Source: a virus
DNA: 64,000 bases
Strand: one strand, 5' to 3'
UHGV virus genome: UHGV-1351068
Notes under the pieces: model-generated
Database searches by the model: none
The model's input: the letters and a program-made list of their open reading frames with translations, nothing else
What the model was told of the DNA's origin: nothing
Position numbers and translations under genes: made by a program
Shown: positions 59,352 to 64,000 of the stretch, piece after piece
Layout: each line of letters starts with the position of its first letter
Numbering within the stretch: position 1 is the stretch's first letter

Positions 59352-60920
59352 ATGGCCTTTCATATTTTGGACTTATTCGCTCCGTGGGAAAAACGCGACG
59401 AAGCTGAATATAAGCAACAAATCAACAATGACCTAGAGTCAATCACTGCTCCAAAATTTGATGATGGAGCTCGTGAAGTTGAATCAAACGAAAACGAAAT
59501 CCAGTACAATTCATTCAACCAAATGATGTTTGGTTCCAATGAACCTGGAATGAAAACAACTGCTGATTTAATCAACACTTATCGTAGTTTAATGAATAAC
59601 TACGAAGTTGACAATGCTGTTGAAGAAATAGTTTCTGACGCAGTTGTATACGAAGACGGTCATCCAGTAGTTTCTCTTGATTTAGATTCTACCGACTTCA
59701 GCCAAGCAATTAAAGACCGCATTCTTGAAGAATTTAATACAGTTTTAACATGCCTTAATTTCGAGAGAAAGGGCGCTGACCATTTCCGCCGTTGGTATGT
59801 TGACTCAAGAATATTCTTCCATAAAATCGTCAACACCAAGAAAATGAAAGACGGAATTCAGGAACTGAGACGTCTTGACCCGCGCAACTTACAATTCATC
59901 CGTGAAATCGTTACCGCTGATGACGCTGGTACTAAAATCGTTAAGGGGTACAAAGAGTATTTCATTTACGATACCGGCAAAGAAAGTTATTATGCAGATG
60001 GCAGATTATATTCCGCCGGAACGAAAATTAAAATTCCACGCGATGCTATCGTATATGCACATTCTGGGCTAGTTGATTGTTCAGGTCAAAACATCATCGG
60101 TTATTTACACCGAGCCGTTAAACCCGCCAACCAGTTAAAGCTATTAGAAGATGCGTTGGTAATTTATCGTATTACTCGTGCTCCTGACCGTCGTGTGTTT
60201 TACATTGACACTGGTAATATGCCTTCTCGTAAAGCGGCAGCTCATATGCAACATATTATGAACACGATGAAAAATCGCGTTGTATATGATGCATCAACCG
60301 GTAAGATTAAAAATCAGCAACATAATATGTCAATGACAGAAGACTATTGGTTGCAGCGTAGAGATGGTAAAGCAGTTACTGAAGTAGATACTCTTCCTGG
60401 TATGTCAGGTATGAGTGATATGGATGACGTCCGTTACTTTAGAACAGCGTTATACATGGCATTGCGAGTTCCTCTTTCGCGCATGCCAGATGCAAATAAT
60501 CAAGGTGGTGTGCAGTTTGATGCTGGCACAGCAATTACTCGCGATGAGCTTGATTTTGCTAAATTTATTCGTAGATTACAGCATAAATTCGAAGAGATTA
60601 TGCTTGATCCACTTCGCACTAATCTAATTCTTAAAAAAGTTTTGTCTAAAGATGAGTGGGAAGACGAAATAAATAATATTAAGATTGTGTTCCATAAAGA
60701 TTCATATTTCACCGAGTTGAAAGATGCTGAAGTTATGGAGCGTAGAATCAATATGCTCACAATGGCTGAACCGTTTATCGGCAAGTATATTTCTCATAAG
60801 ACAGCAATGAAAGATTTCCTTCAGATGTCAGATGAAGAAATTGAACAAGAAGCCAAGCAAATTGAATTAGAGTCTAAAGAGGCTCGCTTCCAAGACCAAG
60901 AAAATGAAGAGGATTTCTAA
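59352..60920 (+). CDS. 20: portal vertex protein gp20
   Basis: 522 aa (T4 gp20 is 524 aa). Confidence 0.93.
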   Translation: MAFHILDLFAPWEKRDEAEYKQQINNDLESITAPKFDDGAREVESNENEIQYNSFNQMMFGSNEPGMKTTADLINTYRSLMNNYEVDNAVEEIVSDAVVYEDGHPVVSLDLDSTDFSQAIKDRILEEFNTVLTCLNFERKGADHFRRWYVDSRIFFHKIVNTKKMKDGIQELRRLDPRNLQFIREIVTADDAGTKIVKGYKEYFIYDTGKESYYADGRLYSAGTKIKIPRDAIVYAHSGLVDCSGQNIIGYLHRAVKPANQLKLLEDALVIYRITRAPDRRVFYIDTGNMPSRKAAAHMQHIMNTMKNRVVYDASTGKIKNQQHNMSMTEDYWLQRRDGKAVTEVDTLPGMSGMSDMDDVRYFRTALYMALRVPLSRMPDANNQGGVQFDAGTAITRDELDFAKFIRRLQHKFEEIMLDPLRTNLILKKVLSKDEWEDEINNIKIVFHKDSYFTELKDAEVMERRINMLTMAEPFIGKYISHKTAMKDFLQMSDEEIEQEAKQIELESKEARFQDQENEEDF

Positions 60921-61138
60921 TGGAAAATTATATTTCCGCAATTGAATCCAGAGACCTCGTAGCAGCCAAAAAAGCTTTTGGTGCAATTATGGCTGAACGG
61001 ACATCTGGTTTAATTGAAGAGCGCAAAAAATTTATCGCAGCGTCTGTCATGATTGAGGGTGAAGAGCCCGATGAAGACGAAGATGAAGACGACGAAGATA
61101 AGTCTGATAAAGACGAAGACGACGAAGAGGACGAGTAA
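60920..61138 (+). CDS. 67: prohead core protein gp67
   Basis: 72 aa with a poly-acidic C-terminus. Confidence 0.8.
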   Translation: MENYISAIESRDLVAAKKAFGAIMAERTSGLIEERKKFIAASVMIEGEEPDEDEDEDDEDKSDKDEDDEEDE

Positions 61139-61563
61139 TGCTTATACTGCCTGAAAATCATGAATTAGTTATCGACAATGTCGAAGCTCTTCTTCCTGAA
61201 GCCCAGGCACGTTTTGATAAGTTGTCCGCAGCGCTCTCTAAAGATGATATAAATAAAATTGTAGAGAATCTTGTTGTTTCTGAGCCTGATTTAGCAGTTG
61301 CTTTAGGTTCAATCAATGAAGCTCTCCAATTGAATGAATTCATCGTTAAACATGTTGATTCTAAAGGTACTATTACACGTACTAAGGATCGTAAAACACG
61401 TGAGCGTAACGCGTTCCAAACAACTGGACTTTCTAAAGCTAAACGCCGTCAAATCGCGCGTAAAGCAGTAAAATCAAAACGTGCTAATCCATCGGCTCAA
61501 ACTCGTGGATTACGTAAACGTAAGAAAGCACTTAAACGCCGTCAGGCTCTGGGGCTAAGTTAA
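61138..61563 (+). CDS. 68: prohead core protein gp68
   Basis: 141 aa, identical in length to T4 gp68; basic C-terminus. Confidence 0.8.
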   Translation: MLILPENHELVIDNVEALLPEAQARFDKLSAALSKDDINKIVENLVVSEPDLAVALGSINEALQLNEFIVKHVDSKGTITRTKDRKTRERNAFQTTGLSKAKRRQIARKAVKSKRANPSAQTRGLRKRKKALKRRQALGLS

Positions 61564-62213
61564 TGGAAAACCTCAATGAACAACTTTTAATTGAGCATTG
61601 GGGTCAACCGGGCGATGTAATTGATGGTAAACCCATGCTAGAATCTATTATCGTTGAAGGCGAAAATGAATCTGGCTTAAAACCTGGTCTGTATATTGAA
61701 GGTGTTTTTATGCAGGCAGAAGTAGTAAACCGTAATAAACGTCTTTATCCAAAACGCATTCTTGAGACTGCGGTAAGCCGTTATATTAAAGAACAGGTTG
61801 CTACTCGTCAGGCTCTAGGAGAATTAAACCATCCACCTCGCGCAAATGTTGACCCGATGCAAGCCGCAATCATTATCGAAGATATGTGGTGGAAAGGCAA
61901 CGATGTTTATGGGCGTGCAAGAATCATCGAAGGAGACCACGGTCCAGGTGATAAATTAGCCGCTAACATCCGTGCTGGTTGGATTCCTGGTGTATCAAGC
62001 CGCGGGCTCGGTTCTTTAAAAGACTCAGGAAAAGGATATAACATCGTACAAGAAGGCTTTCGCCTGACTGTTGGTGTAGACGCAGTTTGGGGTCCTAGTG
62101 CTCCGGATGCATGGGTACAACCGAAACAAATTTCGGAAAATACCTCGGCACAAGTTGCCAATAGTGCTGATGATGCTTTTATGGCTCTCGCAGAGAAGTT
62201 AAAAGCGTTATAA
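61563..62213 (+). CDS. 21: prohead core protease gp21
   Basis: 216 aa; position. Confidence 0.9.
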   Translation: MENLNEQLLIEHWGQPGDVIDGKPMLESIIVEGENESGLKPGLYIEGVFMQAEVVNRNKRLYPKRILETAVSRYIKEQVATRQALGELNHPPRANVDPMQAAIIIEDMWWKGNDVYGRARIIEGDHGPGDKLAANIRAGWIPGVSSRGLGSLKDSGKGYNIVQEGFRLTVGVDAVWGPSAPDAWVQPKQISENTSAQVANSADDAFMALAEKLKAL

Positions 62214-62216
62214 ATA
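62209..62216 (+). promoter_or_regulatory. T4 late promoter TATAAATA for gene 22
   Basis: gttataaata. Confidence 0.6.
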
Positions 62217-62245
62217 ATTATGTAACTTAACACAGGACATCAAAA

Positions 62246-63058
62246 ATGCTTAAAGAACTTTTAATGACCGAAGCTAAAACTATCGATGCTTCCGTCGCTC
62301 TTGACAGTATTTTCGAATCAGTTCAGCTTTCTCCGGAAGCTAAAGCTAACTTCAGCACTGTATTCGAAGCAACAGTCAAAAAACACGCCGTAGCTCTGGC
62401 AGAATCTCACATTGAAAAGATTGCTGAGAAAGCAGAAGAAAAAGTTGAAGAAGAAAAAGAAAAAGCTAAAGAAGAAGCTCGCGAAGAGCTGAAAGAAGCT
62501 GCTTCTAAATACTTTGACCATATCGCTGCAGAATGGATGGCAGAAAACCAGCTGGCGGTTGACCGCGGTATTAAAGCTGACCTGTTTGAATCCATGTTTG
62601 TCGGTATGAAAGAGCTGTTTGTTGAGCACAACGTTGTAATTCCTGAAGAATCAGTAGACGTAGTAGCTGAGATGGAAGAAGAACTTGCTGAGCAAAAAGC
62701 AGAAACTGCTCGTTTATTTGAAGAAGTTTCTAAGCGCGATGAGTATATCAATTATGCCCAACGTGAGTATGCTATCCAAGAAGCAACCCGTGAACTGACT
62801 GATACTCAAAAAGAGAAAGTAGTTTCTCTGACAGAGGGTATGGATTATTCTGACTCGTTTTCAACTAAGCTTAAAGCTATTGTTGAAATGGTGCAGGGTT
62901 CTGTAGAGCAGTCTGTAACGGAATCTGCCGATATAAATACTATCGACAAAGAAGCAGACGGTTTAAACTTCACAACTGAAGCAGTCGAAGAAACTCCTGC
63001 GACTAAAACCCCATCCGTTATGGATGCTTATGTAGCCCAAGCGGCTCGTCTTTCTTAA
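62246..63058 (+). CDS. 22: prohead scaffold protein gp22
   Basis: 270 aa; Glu/Lys-rich helical. Confidence 0.88.
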   Translation: MLKELLMTEAKTIDASVALDSIFESVQLSPEAKANFSTVFEATVKKHAVALAESHIEKIAEKAEEKVEEEKEKAKEEAREELKEAASKYFDHIAAEWMAENQLAVDRGIKADLFESMFVGMKELFVEHNVVIPEESVDVVAEMEEELAEQKAETARLFEEVSKRDEYINYAQREYAIQEATRELTDTQKEKVVSLTEGMDYSDSFSTKLKAIVEMVQGSVEQSVTESADINTIDKEADGLNFTTEAVEETPATKTPSVMDAYVAQAARLS

Positions 63059-63078
63059 TTTAAAAGGTTATACAACAC

Positions 63079-64000
63079 ATGAAAAAGAATAAACTTATCG
63101 AAAAATGGCAGCCGCTGCTTGAGAACGAAGCTCTGCCGGAAATTGTTGGCGCTAGCAAAAAAGCTCTGATCGCTAAGATTTTTGAAAACCAGGAAGCTGA
63201 TATTAATCAGGCTCCGGAATATCGCGATGAAAAAATCGCTGAAGCATTTGGTTCTTTCCTGTCTGAAGCAGAAATTGGCGGTGACCACGGTTATGATGCA
63301 CAGAACATCGCAGCTGGTCAAACCTCTGGTGCTGTAACCCAGATTGGCCCGGCAGTTATGGGTATGGTTCGTCGTGCTATCCCTAACCTGATTGCTTTCG
63401 ATATCTGTGGTGTACAGCCGATGTCTAACCCAACCGGTCAGGTATTCGCTCTCCGCGCTGTTTACGGCAAAGACCCTCTGGCTGCTGGTGCTAAAGAAGC
63501 TTTCCATCCGATGTACGCTCCGGATGCAATGTTCTCTGGTCAGGGTGCAACCGAGAAGTTTGAAGCAGTTAAAGCTGGTGCTTCTCTGGATGTTGGTGAT
63601 ATCGTAGTTCATGATTTCGCACAGACTGGTCGTGCTCACCTGCAGGTTGTAACAGCCTTTACAGTTGATGCTGCTGCTACTGATGCTGCTAAACTGGATG
63701 CTGAAGTCACTAAGCGTCTGGAAGCTGGCGAAGTAGTTGAAATCGCCGAAGGTATGGCTACTTCCGTTGCTGAACTGCAAGAAGCATTTAACGGTTCTAA
63801 AGATAACCCGTGGAATGAAATGGGCTTCCGTATCGATAAACAAACTATCGAAGCGAAATCTCGTCAGCTGAAAGCACAGTATTCCATCGAGCTGGCTCAG
63901 GACCTCCGTGCTGTTCACGGTATGGACGCTGATGCTGAACTGAGTTCAATCCTGGCTACCGAAATTATGCTGGAAATCAACCGTGAAGTTGTTGATTGGA
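63079..64000 (+). CDS. 23: major capsid protein gp23 (N-terminal about 307 aa; truncated by the window end)
   Basis: MKKNKLIEKWQPLLENEALPEIVGASKKALIAKIFENQ... matches the T4 gp23 N-terminus. Confidence 0.93.
   Translation, partial: MKKNKLIEKWQPLLENEALPEIVGASKKALIAKIFENQEADINQAPEYRDEKIAEAFGSFLSEAEIGGDHGYDAQNIAAGQTSGAVTQIGPAVMGMVRRAIPNLIAFDICGVQPMSNPTGQVFALRAVYGKDPLAAGAKEAFHPMYAPDAMFSGQGATEKFEAVKAGASLDVGDIVVHDFAQTGRAHLQVVTAFTVDAAATDAAKLDAEVTKRLEAGEVVEIAEGMATSVAELQEAFNGSKDNPWNEMGFRIDKQTIEAKSRQLKAQYSIELAQDLRAVHGMDADAELSSILATEIMLEINREVVDW

Noticed and set aside
60928-61161. Poly-Ser minus-strand ORF.
   Set aside because: Antisense to the poly-acidic tail of gp67.
62318-62751. Minus-strand ORFs of 103 and 114 aa, Phe/Ser-rich.
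   Set aside because: Antisense to the Glu/Lys-rich scaffold gene 22; an artefact of compositional bias.
63055-63918. 287-aa minus-strand ORF.
   Set aside because: It lies entirely antisense within the major capsid gene 23, which has unmistakable T4 gp23 homology. Low-complexity Ser/Phe-rich translation; spurious.

Overview
This window is a contiguous segment of a T4-like (Tevenvirinae-type) myovirus genome, AT-rich and densely packed. Coordinates 1 to about 35.8 kb are a leftward-transcribed (minus-strand) early/middle accessory region. It runs from the 5' part of gene 49 (endonuclease VII) through nrdC, rI, tk, regB, lysozyme e and nudE, then a large tRNA array and 57B/57A-1-3-2-4. From 35.8 kb to the window end it is the rightward late structural block 53-5-5.1-5.4-6-7-8-9-10-11-12-wac-13-14-15-16-17-18-19-20-67-68-21-22-23 (gene 23 truncated at 64000). 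Gene order and protein sizes follow the T4 map closely; the proteins are clearly homologous to T4 but diverged. The minus-strand region carries many T4-type early promoters (GTTTAC -35, TGnTACTAT extended -10), several of them sitting in inverted repeats, consistent with PeSL-type cassettes. T4 late promoters (TATAAATA) precede 53, 9, 13, 18, 19, 20 and 22, and in the opposite orientation precede gene 4 and the tRNA array. UUCG-looped hairpins follow several late genes. The tRNA array is much larger than T4's: at least 15 canonical tRNAs plus several degenerate or tRNA-like elements, and non-coding gaps that are candidate stable small RNAs. The accessory genes of most interest are absent from, or not prominent in, T4 itself: a macrodomain protein, a NADAR (YbiA-like) protein, a near-host-identical GrcA glycyl-radical spare part, a PspA/IM30-like protein with three small membrane proteins, a Pol-beta-type nucleotidyltransferase near an AAA ATPase, and a signal-peptide protein trio that includes an SLT-like transglycosylase. 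There is also a 57B (Acb1-family 2H phosphoesterase) homologue. No CRISPR array, integrase, transposase or homing endonuclease was found.
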